A DNA stretch of 64,000 nt from an uncultured bacterium (GCA_963732385.1 CAVSZB010000005.1:96001-160000), one strand, 5' to 3'; positions 9,792-22,472 are shown, counted from the stretch's first letter. The notes: generated from the letters alone by a model not told the origin. Numbers and translations are program-made.

Positions 9792-11762
9792 ATGCCTACC
9801 ATGTCCATGCCTTCGCTTCGTGCCGGGCAGCGCGCCACGCGTGCGATCGCCGGCCTCGCGCTGTCTGTGATGTTCTGCGCCGCGCTCGTCGGCGCGTCGT
9901 CCGCCGGCGACCTGCCCGCCTGCACACCCGACGCCACGGTGCAGCGCAGCGCAGTGCCCGATGTCTACAAGTGGAACATGGCGCCATTGTTCCCATCGGA
10001 CGGGGCGTGGGACAAGGGGCGCGTGAAGCTGCTGGCGGATATCCCGGCGCTGGCCAGGTACCAGGGCAGGCTCGGCGACCCGAAGGTGCTCGCGGACTGC
10101 CTCGACCACTACTTCCGGCTCCACGGCGACGCCAACTGCGTGACGCTGTACGCCAACATGAAGCTGACGACGGCGCAGTCCGACGACAAGGCGGGCGGCA
10201 TGCGGCAGCAGGCACAGGACGCGATGAACGAGCTGATGATGGCCGCCTCGTTCATCCGCCGCGAGGTACTCGCGCTGTCGGCCGACAAGGTGTCGATGAT
10301 CTTCGACGCTCAGCCGCGCCTCGACCCGTACCGGGCGTATCTCGAGGGCCTGCGGCGTCGCGCCTCGCGCGTGCTGAGCCCCGACGCTGAGCGCGCCCTG
10401 GCGCTGCTGGGCGACAACCTCTGGGCGGAGATCGACCTGAACGAGATGCCGTCGCCGCTCGAGGAATGCTTCAACGGCATCCTCAACGACATCCCCTGGC
10501 CGATGGTGAAAGACGAGCAGGGCCGCAACGTCCAGCTCACCCTGGCCAACTACAGCGTGTTCCGCCAGTCGCCCGATCGCGCCGTGCGCGAGGGGGCCGT
10601 CAACGCGTTCCTGGCCACGCTGCGGCAGTACCAGCACGCGCTGGCGGCGTCGCTCAGCGGGCAGTTCAAGCTGGACGTGGACTACGCTCGCGCGCGCGGC
10701 TACGACACTGCGCTGGCCGCCTACACCGACAAGGACAACGTCCCGACGGCGGTGTACGACAACCTGCTCTCCACCGTGGAGGCCAACCTGCCGCTGCTGC
10801 ACCGCTACGTGGCGCTGCGCAAGCAGGCGCTCGGGCTGCCCGACGTGCGCCTGTACGACCTCTACATCCCGCTGGCGGCGGGGGTAGAGGCCGACATCCC
10901 GTTCGCGCAGGCGCGGCAGACCATCATCGAGGCGCTCAAGCCGCTCGGCCCGGCATACGGCATGGTGCTCGCCGAGGGGCTCGACCCGCGCAGCGGCTGG
11001 CTCGACCTCTATCCGCACATGGACAAGGAGAGCGGCGCCTATTCTTCGAGCGTCTACGGGAAGCATCCGTACGTGAAGATGAACTACCAGAACTCGCTCG
11101 ACGACATGTCCACCCTGGCGCACGAGTACGGCCACGCCCTGCACAGCGACCTCGCCATGAAGGCGCAGTCGTACCCTGACTACCGCTACACGAACTTCCT
11201 GGCCGAGATCGCCTCGACCTGCAACGAGGCGCTGCTGAACGACTACCTGGTGGCGCGCGCGCCGGACGACGCGCAGAAGGCCTACCTGCTGGTGGGGCGC
11301 CTCGAGGACATCCGCACGACCATCTTCCGGCAGACGATGTTCGCGCATTTCGAACGCACGGTGCACGGCTACGTGGAGCAGGGCGTACCGGTTACGGCCA
11401 CGCTGCTCGACTCCACCTACACCGACCTGGTCCGCCGCTACTACGGCCCCGACTACAGGATCGACGCCAACGACGGCATGGAATGGGCCTACATCCCGCA
11501 CTTCTATTACAAGTACTACGTCTACGTCTACGCGACGGGGCTGTGCAGCGGCATCGCCATCGCCGACCGGGTGCGCGAGCTCGGCGCTCCGGCCATCGAC
11601 GCCTATCTCGGCATGCTCAAGGGGGGCAGCTCCCAGGCGCCGCTCACGCTGCTGCAGAAGGCGGGGGTCGACCTGACGAAGCCCGACGCCATCGCCGCCG
11701 CGATGCGCACCTTCGAGCGGACCCTGTCCGAGGTGGAGAAGCTGACGGCGAAGAAGAAGTAG
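9792..11762 (+). CDS. pepF: Oligoendopeptidase F (M3B) with signal peptide
   Basis: YKWNM, KESGAYS, HPYVKMNY, TLAHEYGH (HExxH), AEIASTCNE and WAYIPHFY motifs. Confidence 0.92.
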   Translation: MPTMSMPSLRAGQRATRAIAGLALSVMFCAALVGASSAGDLPACTPDATVQRSAVPDVYKWNMAPLFPSDGAWDKGRVKLLADIPALARYQGRLGDPKVLADCLDHYFRLHGDANCVTLYANMKLTTAQSDDKAGGMRQQAQDAMNELMMAASFIRREVLALSADKVSMIFDAQPRLDPYRAYLEGLRRRASRVLSPDAERALALLGDNLWAEIDLNEMPSPLEECFNGILNDIPWPMVKDEQGRNVQLTLANYSVFRQSPDRAVREGAVNAFLATLRQYQHALAASLSGQFKLDVDYARARGYDTALAAYTDKDNVPTAVYDNLLSTVEANLPLLHRYVALRKQALGLPDVRLYDLYIPLAAGVEADIPFAQARQTIIEALKPLGPAYGMVLAEGLDPRSGWLDLYPHMDKESGAYSSSVYGKHPYVKMNYQNSLDDMSTLAHEYGHALHSDLAMKAQSYPDYRYTNFLAEIASTCNEALLNDYLVARAPDDAQKAYLLVGRLEDIRTTIFRQTMFAHFERTVHGYVEQGVPVTATLLDSTYTDLVRRYYGPDYRIDANDGMEWAYIPHFYYKYYVYVYATGLCSGIAIADRVRELGAPAIDAYLGMLKGGSSQAPLTLLQKAGVDLTKPDAIAAAMRTFERTLSEVEKLTAKKK

Positions 11763-11789
11763 CCTCTCCGGTCATCCGGCGGGACAGAA

Positions 11790-11818
11790 GAGGGCGTCCG
11801 CGCACGGCGGGCGCCCTC
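11790..11818. terminator. Hairpin between convergent pepF and MFS genes
   Basis: GAGGGCGTCCGC-N5-GCGGGCGCCCTC stem with one G:U pair, followed by GTCGTTT. Confidence 0.6.
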
Positions 11819-11882
11819 GTCGTTTGGTGCCCCTGTAAACGGCGCTTCGGCACGCCCTGCCCACGCCGTGTCGCGGCGCCGA

Positions 11883-13214
11883 TCAGTGCCCGCCGCGCCC
11901 CTTCGGGATGGCGTGCCGGATCCGGATCGCCAGCACCAGCCCGATCACGGCGAACGGAATCAGGAACGGCGGCCAGTACCCCCAGCTCCTCTCCGTCAGG
12001 AAGCCGAGGCTGAGGAACTGCGTGCCGGTGCCGAGGTAGACCAGTCCGTCGATCAACCCCACGGCCGTGCCGGCGTTCTTGCGACCGCCGAAGTCCATCG
12101 TGGCGGTGCCGCTGAGCATGCCGTGCGTGCCGATCACGCAGAACGAGATCACCATCACCGAGATGCCGAGCAGCCACATGTTGTTCAGGGAGAAGGCCAT
12201 CACGCAGACAGCCACCAGCATCAACCCGTACAGCAGTCCCGCCACCGGGGCGCGTCGCGACCCGAACAGCTTGTCCGACATCCACCCCGCGGTCAGACCG
12301 CCGGTGGCGCCGGCGATGAACAGCATCAGGCCCCAGTTGCGGGTGATGAAGAAGCTGGCGTAGTAGCCCATCTCCTTGCCGTAGATCGTGTACCAGTGCA
12401 TGACGCCGTTGCGCAGCACGCCGGTGCAGAACTCGATAGCGCCGATCGTCAGGACGATCGGATTGGTCACGACCTTCCTGAGGATCACGCGCAGCGGATC
12501 GGGGCGCTCGTCCTCGCCGCTGGAGGCGTCGGCGGTGTCGAAGTTCGTGAGCCCCACATCGCCCGGCCGATCGAAGACCAGGAAGTAGTCGACGATGGCC
12601 CAGAACAGCAGGATGAACGCCGGGATCGCGAAGACCCAGTAGGGCGGGCTGACCACCGCCTGCCCGTCGGCGCCGATCGTCGTGTGCAGCTTCTCGACGA
12701 TGAAATAGCCCCAGTCGAACGCGAAGTAGATCCCCGCCGAGATCAGCACGCCGAAGATCCCGCCGAACACGCCGCGTTCGCGCACGTGGAACCAGGAGCT
12801 GTTCACCTTGACGATGCTCACCGCGCCGAAACTCTGGAAATACATGTTGGCCGCGTAGAGCAGCGAGAAGACGAGCACCAGGTTCACGGAGGGGCGCGTG
12901 TAGGTGAAGGCCGCCAGGGCCAGGTTCATCACGGCCGCGCCCACGGCCGCGATCATGATCGTGCGGCGCCCGCCGATGCGGTCCGTCAGCGGTCCGTTGA
13001 TCAGGAAGGAGATGGCGTAGGTGATCGTCCCGGCCGCGGAGATGATGCCGAACGCCTCCTTCGGCATCAAATCGCCGAACGCGTTCTTGGCCACGGTGAG
13101 GTTGTAGCGCCCCATATAGAGAAAGGAGTAGGTCAGCCCCAGCGGCAGCCAGTTCAGGATGCGCCGGCGGCGGAACGCGGCGGTGTGGCTGAACGCCACG
13201 GCTTCCGAGGACAT
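11883..13214 (-). CDS. MFS transporter, organophosphate:Pi antiporter (GlpT/OPA)-like
   Basis: About 12 TMs. YMGRYNL, GPLTDRIGGR, WFHVRERG, GWMSDKLF and AGTAVGLIDG motifs. Confidence 0.88.
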   Translation of the reverse strand: MSSEAVAFSHTAAFRRRRILNWLPLGLTYSFLYMGRYNLTVAKNAFGDLMPKEAFGIISAAGTITYAISFLINGPLTDRIGGRRTIMIAAVGAAVMNLALAAFTYTRPSVNLVLVFSLLYAANMYFQSFGAVSIVKVNSSWFHVRERGVFGGIFGVLISAGIYFAFDWGYFIVEKLHTTIGADGQAVVSPPYWVFAIPAFILLFWAIVDYFLVFDRPGDVGLTNFDTADASSGEDERPDPLRVILRKVVTNPIVLTIGAIEFCTGVLRNGVMHWYTIYGKEMGYYASFFITRNWGLMLFIAGATGGLTAGWMSDKLFGSRRAPVAGLLYGLMLVAVCVMAFSLNNMWLLGISVMVISFCVIGTHGMLSGTATMDFGGRKNAGTAVGLIDGLVYLGTGTQFLSLGFLTERSWGYWPPFLIPFAVIGLVLAIRIRHAIPKGRGGH

Positions 13215-13333
13215 CTGGCACTCCCCAGGCCCGCCGGGCGACCGTCCGCGGAAATCGGGGACGGGCCGGCCGGGTCAGCACGAGCGGATGATAGCGCAGC
13301 CGCCGCGCCGGGAACAGCGCGAAGGGCGGGTGC

Positions 13334-15883
13334 TCAGCCGAGCCGCCTCACGACCACCAGCGTGACGTCATCGGACGGCGGCACGCCGGCGGCGTGGCGC
13401 GCCACCGCGTCGAGGATGGCGGCGCGGACCTCCCCGGCCCCCTGCCCCGCCGTGGCCCGCAGCACGGCGTGCAGCCGGTCGTCGCCGAACAGATTGACCT
13501 GGTCCTCGGCGTCGAGGTCATCGTCTTCGTCACCGTCATCGGTGCCGGACGGTTCCCGCCCGTCCCAGGTGGCATCGCCGAGCCTGCCTCGCGGCGCCGC
13601 GTCCGTCACGCCCGCCGGCAGCGGCGGCCCCTCGGCCTCGGTGATGCCGTCACTGAACAGCACCAGCAGGTCGCCCGGATCGATCGTCACGGTCTGCTGC
13701 CGGTAGGCCTGGCCCTCCAGCATGCCGATCAGCAGCCCCCCGTCCTTCAGCTCCTCGAGACGTCCGTCGGCCCGCAGCAGCAGCGGCGGGTTGTGCCCGG
13801 CGTTGGTGGAGGTGAAATTGCCGGTGGCGCTGTCGAGCGCGCCGTAGAAGAAGGTGGCGAAGCGTCCGATGTCGGTGGAACGGGTCAGCAGATCGTTCAT
13901 GTGCGCGACGACGGCCGCCACCTCCGCAAGGTGGATGACCTGCCCCTGCAACAGCGCCTGCAGGTTGGCCATCAGGAGCGCCGCCGGGATCCCCTTGCCC
14001 GACACGTCGGCGATCGCCAAACCCAGCCGCCCGTCGGGCAGGGCGAGGAAATCGAAATAGTCGCCCCCGACCTGGAGACTCGGCACGCTGACGCCGGTGA
14101 TCTCCCAGCCCGGCAGGTCCGGCATGGCGTGCGGCAGCAGCCGCTCCTGGATCTCGCGCGCGGTGCGCAGCTCGCGCTCGAGCCGCTCGCGCGCGATCGC
14201 CTGCTCCCGACCGAGCTTCACCGCTTCGGTCATTTCGTTGAACGAGGCGGCCAGGTCGCCGAATTCGTCCTCATTGGGCACTTCGATGTGCGTGTCGAGA
14301 TCGCCGCGCGCCAGGCGCACCGTCCCCTGGTGCAGCGTCCGCACCGCCGAGGTGATGCCGGTCGCGATCCGCATGCCGAGGAAGACCGCGAACGCCTCGA
14401 TCAGCAGCAGCAGGATCGCCAGCGACAGCAGAGCGAGCAGGATCACCTTGTTGAATTCGTTGCCGCTCGACCAGAACTCGCGCACGAGCTCGGAAAGGGC
14501 CGTTTCCACGCGCAGCATCACCGAGGTGCGATCCAGCCCGGCGGGCGACAGCCGCACGACGTCCAGGATGGCGGCACCGAACTTGAGCGGGCGCCTCCAG
14601 AGGTCCGCGGTGGAGTCGGCGGCGGCGTATGTGCCGCGCACGACGAACATCGCGCGGATCGAGTCGCCCGGGGCCGCGCCTCCACCGAGCGAGTCCGCGG
14701 CGCCGACGGCCCGGCCGCGGTCGCTGTACAGGTCGACCCGAACACCGGTCACCGCCGACAGGTGATCGAGCACGCCGGCGTCCACGCGGCGACCCGTGGC
14801 CGTCCAGGCCGGCGGCGTTCCCTCGCGGCGCAGGCTTACGGCCCACAGCTCGTCGTCCGTGCGCAGGAACAGGCTGCTGTCGACCGGCGCCCAACGCCGT
14901 CCGCTCCCGCCTATCTCGGTGCTATTCCCCCCGATGGTGAAGACCATGCCCCGGTCGGCCGGCGGAGTCGGCGGCGTCGACGCGCTGTCAGGCGGCGCCG
15001 CGCCGTCGGGCGTCGTCGCCGGAGCCGGGACAGGGGCGCGCAGCGCCCGCCAGAGCTCCGGCAACCAGGCCGGCGCCGTCGCGGGCGGCGGCGCGTCCTC
15101 CCGCGCCATGAACGAGGCGGGGAACAGCGCCGGGCCCGCCGCCGGGTCGCGCACCGCCAGCTCCGCCCAGTCGCGCAGCAGATCGCGCGCGACGCTGGCG
15201 CGGCCCGCGCCGATCACCGTGAGCAGGATCGTCATCCACAGGCCGATGACCAGCAGCAGCGGCACCACCGCGATGAAGACGGCGCTCGTGGCGAGCTTCG
15301 GCCTGAGCCGCATGAAGTGCAGCCGCATTCCGAACACGAGGTGCGCGCCGGTCAGGAGCCAGAAGCAGAGCAGCGAGCCGAGCGCGTAGCGCAGCGTCGC
15401 CTGGCCCAGCGCGTGGAACCCGCCGAGCTCCTCGCTGGGACGGAAGTCCCAGCCGGCCGTCGTCAGGACGGCGGCGACGATCGCCACCAGGAACAGCCAG
15501 GCGCGGCGGCGGGAGGTGAGGTGGCGCAGCGGACGGAAGCGACGCAGGAACAGGAACACCGTCGCCAGCGCCACCGACGCCGGCCACCCCTGCCCCCGGG
15601 CGCCGAGCAGCGGCACGAACAGCGCGCTCCCGGCGAGCCAGATGATCCAGAAGCGGCGCCCGCGGGTGTCGAGGAGCAGCAGCCGCACCGCCGCCAGCCA
15701 GGCCGCCAGCGCCGGCACCGCGGCGAGCCAGGCCCCGGCGGCGTGCTTCGGGCCGACCACGCGCGCGAACAGGAACGCCAGGGTGCAGCCGGCCGCGGCG
15801 CCGAGAGCCAGCCGCCAGACCGGCGCGTTGAGCGGAGAGACGGCGCGCCATTCCGGCACCGGCCGGTCCGGGAGCGGGGCCAT
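13334..15883 (-). CDS. Membrane SpoIIE/RsbU-type PP2C phosphatase with HAMP domain
   Basis: N-terminal TMs and a HAMP domain (DEFGDLAASFNEM). VGGDYFD, ADVSGKG, NAGHNPP, SDGITEA and SDDVT motifs. The start could also be TTG at 15919. Confidence 0.9.
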   Translation of the reverse strand: MAPLPDRPVPEWRAVSPLNAPVWRLALGAAAGCTLAFLFARVVGPKHAAGAWLAAVPALAAWLAAVRLLLLDTRGRRFWIIWLAGSALFVPLLGARGQGWPASVALATVFLFLRRFRPLRHLTSRRRAWLFLVAIVAAVLTTAGWDFRPSEELGGFHALGQATLRYALGSLLCFWLLTGAHLVFGMRLHFMRLRPKLATSAVFIAVVPLLLVIGLWMTILLTVIGAGRASVARDLLRDWAELAVRDPAAGPALFPASFMAREDAPPPATAPAWLPELWRALRAPVPAPATTPDGAAPPDSASTPPTPPADRGMVFTIGGNSTEIGGSGRRWAPVDSSLFLRTDDELWAVSLRREGTPPAWTATGRRVDAGVLDHLSAVTGVRVDLYSDRGRAVGAADSLGGGAAPGDSIRAMFVVRGTYAAADSTADLWRRPLKFGAAILDVVRLSPAGLDRTSVMLRVETALSELVREFWSSGNEFNKVILLALLSLAILLLLIEAFAVFLGMRIATGITSAVRTLHQGTVRLARGDLDTHIEVPNEDEFGDLAASFNEMTEAVKLGREQAIARERLERELRTAREIQERLLPHAMPDLPGWEITGVSVPSLQVGGDYFDFLALPDGRLGLAIADVSGKGIPAALLMANLQALLQGQVIHLAEVAAVVAHMNDLLTRSTDIGRFATFFYGALDSATGNFTSTNAGHNPPLLLRADGRLEELKDGGLLIGMLEGQAYRQQTVTIDPGDLLVLFSDGITEAEGPPLPAGVTDAAPRGRLGDATWDGREPSGTDDGDEDDDLDAEDQVNLFGDDRLHAVLRATAGQGAGEVRAAILDAVARHAAGVPPSDDVTLVVVRRLG

Positions 15884-15915
15884 GCGGGCGGGCCGCGATC
15901 TGCGCCGCAGCAACT

Positions 15916-16605
15916 TCAACGGACCCCGTGCTCCCGTTTGTACCGCACCCAGTTCGCCTTCAGGTCATTGAACGCATCCAGATCGGGGCAGAGCAGGAAC
16001 GGGTTGTGCGCGCGCTCGAACCCGATGGTGGAGAACGGCCGCGCTCCTTCGCCTCCCCAGTAGTCGTGCCCCGGCAGAACGACGGTCTCGTCCGGCAGCG
16101 TCAGCAGATGTCGCAACGAGGTCCACTCGGCCTCGGCCGACGAGCCCGGAAACGCCTTTCCGGTGCCACCCACCTTGCCACAGAACAGCAGGTCGCCCGT
16201 GAACAGTCGGCCGTTGCCGAGAAAGCAGAGGTGTCCCGGCGTATGGCCCGGCGTGTGGAAGGCGATCAGGCGCTGGGCGCCGAGCGCGAACACCTCCCCC
16301 TCCTCCACCGGCTGCGCTCCCGCGACCCGCTCCTGGGAACCGGCGTGGATGGCCGCCCCGGTCGCCGCCGCCAGCGCCGCGGCGCCGGCCACGTGGTCGC
16401 CGTGGCCATGCGTGACCAGCACGGACCGCAACCGTACCTTCCGCTCCCTGGCCATCGCCCCGAGGCGATCCGGGGCGAAGCCGGGATCGATCGCGACCCC
16501 CTCGCCGGTGGCGCGATCAACGAACAGGTAGCAGAAATTGCGATCGCCCCCGAGATGGATCTGCAGGCAGAGCAGTCCGGCGTCGGAGTGGTCGTGGACG
16601 ATCAT
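15916..16605 (-). CDS. MBL-fold hydrolase, glyoxalase II-like
   Basis: THGHGDH, TPGHTPG, FTGDLLF and LPGHDY motifs. AAGGAG RBS before the ATG at 16605. Confidence 0.88.
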   Translation of the reverse strand: MIVHDHSDAGLLCLQIHLGGDRNFCYLFVDRATGEGVAIDPGFAPDRLGAMARERKVRLRSVLVTHGHGDHVAGAAALAAATGAAIHAGSQERVAGAQPVEEGEVFALGAQRLIAFHTPGHTPGHLCFLGNGRLFTGDLLFCGKVGGTGKAFPGSSAEAEWTSLRHLLTLPDETVVLPGHDYWGGEGARPFSTIGFERAHNPFLLCPDLDAFNDLKANWVRYKREHGVR

Positions 16606-16631
16606 CGCCGCTCCTTGCGTCGTGACGGGCG

Positions 16632-17831
16632 CTACAGCCCCGTGAGCAGGCTCACCGAGAGGGCGATCCACCGGTCCCGTCCCACCGCTCTGAAATCGCT
16701 GTCGGCGCCGAACGGCTCGAAACTCGAGCGGGCATACTCCTCCAGGCGCAACTGGAAGTCGAGCAGCCGCTCCTTCTTCTCCTTGCCGGAGGCCGGCAGG
16801 GCGAGCTGCAGCCCCACTCTCGCCGAGCCTCCCCAGTCCTGCAACTCGAGCACGACCGTGCCACCGTACATGTAACCGTCGGAGCCGAGAAACTGCTCGC
16901 CCCCCCAGCGTAGCGACCGCATGTAGTACCCGCCGCCGAGACCGCAGTAAGCGTGGGCCCGGCGCGACACCGGCGCGCGCGCAAGCAGCCCCATCTCCAG
17001 GGCGTAGAGAGCGCTGCGTCCGTTCTCCGACACCGCCTCGAAGTCATCCTGGATGTCGCCGAACCCATACACGAACGCGGCGTAAGGCTGGAACGTGCGC
17101 CCGATCCGGTGCGTCACCGCGATCTCGATCTGCCCCATGTCGGTGAAGAATTGGTTGAAATCGGAACCGCAGTGGCGATAGCCGAGCCCGGTCGTCACCA
17201 GCCAGCGCGCGGCGACCGGGGACTTCGCGCCGGGCGGGACGATCCCCAGCCCCGGGGGCGCGGGACGCGATGCCGGCAGCGGCACCTCCGGCCAGACCCG
17301 CGGACGCGCAAACCGGGCTGGCGCCGGAGCCGACGCGGCAAGCGAGTCGGCGGCCACGGTCAGACTGTCATCGCCGGCGGGCGCCGCGCCGGCCGACGGG
17401 ACGGCTGTCGTGTCGACCGCAGCGACCGCTACGGCCACCGTCGCCGTTGCCGCCGGAGCCTCGAGCAGCCGCGTCACCCGTTCCCGCCATTCACGCAGCA
17501 CGGCGGTCGGCACGTTGCGCTCGCGCGTGACCGGTCCCGCGGGAGTATCGAGGCTGAGCCGGGCCAGATAGCCGCCCCACGGCGCCGGCAGCAGCACCGC
17601 CGCCCGCAGCCCCGGCTCGTCGGCGAACAGGCCGAAGCGGGCCGCCTCCCCGGCGTCGAGCGTGTCGCCGATGGCCGGATGGATCGCAACCAGCGCGTCG
17701 GCCTCCGCCCGACCGACCGCCGCGCCTGCCGCCAGCGCGGCGAACAGCGCCACCACACCGGCCACGACGGGCCCCGGACCCGAGACGGCCCGGCGGCGGA
17801 TTGGGCGACTGCGTGCTCCCGGACTACTCAT
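16632..17831 (-). CDS. Hypothetical exported protein with a probable C-terminal outer-membrane beta-barrel
   Basis: Hydrophobic N-terminal segment, an Ala/Pro linker, and amphipathic beta-strands (e.g. YCGLGGGYY) in the C-terminal half. Confidence 0.55.
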   Translation of the reverse strand: MSSPGARSRPIRRRAVSGPGPVVAGVVALFAALAAGAAVGRAEADALVAIHPAIGDTLDAGEAARFGLFADEPGLRAAVLLPAPWGGYLARLSLDTPAGPVTRERNVPTAVLREWRERVTRLLEAPAATATVAVAVAAVDTTAVPSAGAAPAGDDSLTVAADSLAASAPAPARFARPRVWPEVPLPASRPAPPGLGIVPPGAKSPVAARWLVTTGLGYRHCGSDFNQFFTDMGQIEIAVTHRIGRTFQPYAAFVYGFGDIQDDFEAVSENGRSALYALEMGLLARAPVSRRAHAYCGLGGGYYMRSLRWGGEQFLGSDGYMYGGTVVLELQDWGGSARVGLQLALPASGKEKKERLLDFQLRLEEYARSSFEPFGADSDFRAVGRDRWIALSVSLLTGL

Positions 17832-17981
17832 GCCGGCAATATATGACACCGCGCGCGCGGGGTCACCCGGCGAACTGCGTCGTTCCGGCGCCAGACACAT
17901 CCGCCCTCCCCGCCTTGCCCCCGGCCCCGCACTCGGCTACCCTCCCGGGCGCCGGGCGCTCCTGTCCGGCGGGGAGGCGAC

Positions 17982-18576
17982 ATGACGGAATGGGGGAGGG
18001 ACACCGGCGGCGGACTGACGGACATCTGGCCGGACGGGGCGGAGCTGGCGGAGCTCTGCGCGGGAATCGTCGCGGCGTGGCTCGCACGCGCGGCGACCCT
18101 GCCCGCCTGGGAGGCGGCCGAGCGCGCCTTCCCGCCGACGGACGCCGGCTGGCGCCCGCACGCGGCCCGCCTCCAGCTCATCAACGCGTTCCAGTGGCGG
18201 GAAGAGGACCGCAGCCGCGATCCAGCGGCGGGCGACGCCGCGCTGGCGGCGGTCAAGCGCTCGATCGACGCCTCCAACGGCCGGCGGGTGCGCGCCGTGG
18301 AGGCGCTCGACGTCCAGGTAATCGACGGGCTGGAGCGGGCCGGCCTGCTTGATCCGGCCGCGCCGCTCGCCAGCGAATCGCCCGGCAGCATCGTCGACCG
18401 CCTGACGGTGCTGGCCCTCAAGCGGGCGCACGCACGCGACGCCGACCGCCTCGCCCTGCTCGGCGAGCAGTGGCACGACCTGCTCGGCTGCCTCGACCGT
18501 CTCGGCGCCGACGTGGCCGCCGGGCGCGCCCGCGTGAAGCTCTACCGCCAGGTCAAGCTGTACGGCGCGCCGGAGG

Positions 18577-18596
<20 letters not shown>
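17982..18596 (+). CDS. DUF4254 family protein
   Basis: QWREED..RDP, KRSIDASN..R, ESPGSIVDRLTVLALK and KLYRQVKLY motifs. GGAGG RBS. Confidence 0.82.
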
Positions 18597-20532
<1,936 letters not shown>

Positions 20533-20735
20533 TTGCTCCTTGGGGCGGAGGTCCGCGGCGGCGCATCAATCAGGAGCAACTTAATAGTTGTTTTCGGCGA
20601 CGGCGGCCACCCCTGTGCCGTCCCCGCAGCCCCCCCCAGGAAAGGCGGGGCTTGTCGCCGGCCGCCGGTCGCTCAATACTGAGTCTGACCGGGCGCGCCG
20701 GCCCGTCCCGGACCCTCACGGTGGAGGCGTCGACC

Positions 20736-22472
20736 ATGCAGCACGTTTTCTCGACCGTTCGCGGTTTCGCGTGCGTTGCGCTCCTTTGCACGCTTTCGCC
20801 CGGCCCGGCCCGCGGCGCCGCCGCTCCGTCCGACAGCACCCGCTACTATGTCGAGGAGGACGGCCGCGGCACCGGCTGGTTCGCGGTGGGCCGCACCACG
20901 AATCCCCAGGGACAGCTGGTCTACCGCGGCAGCGGCGCGAAATCGGACGCCTTCAAGATCAAGCGCTTCGAGGTCGTGGTCGGGCCCGATTTCGTCCCCG
21001 TCAGTTCTTTCCTGAAGATGAGCGCGCAGGGCCAGCCGATCGAATTCACCTCCACGTACGCCGGGGGCAAGGCGGTCACGTCGGCGAAGGTCAGCGGCCA
21101 GAAGATGCCGGTCCCCGAGACGCGCCTCGAAGGAATCACCTTCGTGTTGCCAGGGAAGGTGGCCTGCGCCTTCGCCGTCCTCTCGGACTGGCTCGCCAGT
21201 CGCGACGCCGCCACCTTCAAGGGCTCCGTGAAGGGCTACATGCCGCCACTGCTGGCCGACATCGAGGTGACCGGACTGGGCCGCCAGACGGTGCAGTCGG
21301 GCGGCGGATCAACCGAGGTGCGCGCGTTCCTCCTGACGGCGAAAATCCCGGCCAGCCGTCAGTTGCCGCGGGGCGCCACCCAGGAAGTCGTCCTCTGGCA
21401 GTACCCCGACGGCCGCTTCTTCGGTATCGAGGTCGCCGCCCAGAAAATGCGGGCCTACCCCTTCCCTTCGGACGCCAGGCTGGAAGAGGCGCCCAGGGTC
21501 TTCCCTGAAGTCGCCGTGCGCTTCGTATCGGGGGCCGACACGCTGGCCGGCACGCTCATGCTGCCGGAGGTCGATCCGACGCGGACGGCAAAGCCGCCGG
21601 CGATCGTGTTCGTCTCCGGGTCAGGTCCCTCCATGCGCGACGAGTACGTGGCCGGCTTCCCTGTCTTCCGGGTGCTCGCCGAGAAGCTCGCCGCCGCGGG
21701 CTGCGCCTCGCTCCGCTACGACGACCGCGGCATCGAGGAGAGCGGCGGCGATTACGGGCTGGTGACGATGGACATCCTCGCGGCCGACGCCGCCGCGGCC
21801 ACCGCCGCCCTGCGGAGCCGCCCTGAGATCGACTCCGCGCGCGTGGGACTGCTCGGCCACAGCGAAGGGGCCCTGCTGGCGGCGCAGATCGCGGCGCTGA
21901 CCGAGCAGCAGTCGGGACAGGTGCTCTGGTGCGCGATCCTGCTGGCCGGCTCCACGGCGAACGGTCATCAGATCATCATGGAACAGTTCGAGCACGCGCT
22001 CGCGCAGCAGGGGGCCACGCCCGAAAAGGCGACCGCCCAGCGCGCGCTGCAGGAGCAGGTGCTGGCCTGGGTCGAGGGCAGGGCCGGCTGGGAAACGGTC
22101 GCCGCGCTGGCCGACAGCGAGGAGGCGCAGAACCTCGAGATGCAGAAGGCGACGCTCGAGGCGCCGTGGCTGCGCTCCTTCCTGGCCTATGAGCCCGGTC
22201 CCTGGCTGGAGAAACTCAAGGTGCCGACCCTGGTCCTGCACGGCGAACTCGATACCCAGCTCCCGCTCGCCCACGGCACGGCGGTGCGCGATCTGCTCAA
22301 GGCGAGCGGCAATCCGACCGTGTCGTTCGTGCCGGCGCGCGGCGTGAACCACCTGTTCCAGCTGGCGAAAACCGGCGAGGCGGACGAGTACGCCACGCTC
22401 AAGCCGGAGTTCGCCCCCGGCGTGGCCGAGCGGATCACGGCCTTCGTGGCGATGCGGGTGAGGATGAAGTAG
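20736..22472 (+). CDS. Secreted alpha/beta hydrolase with an N-terminal accessory domain
   Basis: Signal peptide after a GGAGG RBS. SGSGP, RYDDRG, GHSEG nucleophile, HGELD and VNHLF motifs. Confidence 0.85.
   Translation: MQHVFSTVRGFACVALLCTLSPGPARGAAAPSDSTRYYVEEDGRGTGWFAVGRTTNPQGQLVYRGSGAKSDAFKIKRFEVVVGPDFVPVSSFLKMSAQGQPIEFTSTYAGGKAVTSAKVSGQKMPVPETRLEGITFVLPGKVACAFAVLSDWLASRDAATFKGSVKGYMPPLLADIEVTGLGRQTVQSGGGSTEVRAFLLTAKIPASRQLPRGATQEVVLWQYPDGRFFGIEVAAQKMRAYPFPSDARLEEAPRVFPEVAVRFVSGADTLAGTLMLPEVDPTRTAKPPAIVFVSGSGPSMRDEYVAGFPVFRVLAEKLAAAGCASLRYDDRGIEESGGDYGLVTMDILAADAAAATAALRSRPEIDSARVGLLGHSEGALLAAQIAALTEQQSGQVLWCAILLAGSTANGHQIIMEQFEHALAQQGATPEKATAQRALQEQVLAWVEGRAGWETVAALADSEEAQNLEMQKATLEAPWLRSFLAYEPGPWLEKLKVPTLVLHGELDTQLPLAHGTAVRDLLKASGNPTVSFVPARGVNHLFQLAKTGEADEYATLKPEFAPGVAERITAFVAMRVRMK

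Noticed and set aside
22435..22472. Convergent 3' overlaps (hydrolase/ispD here, and DUF4254/acs at 18577-18596)
   Set aside because: Short tail overlaps are common in high-GC genomes where stop codons are scarce.
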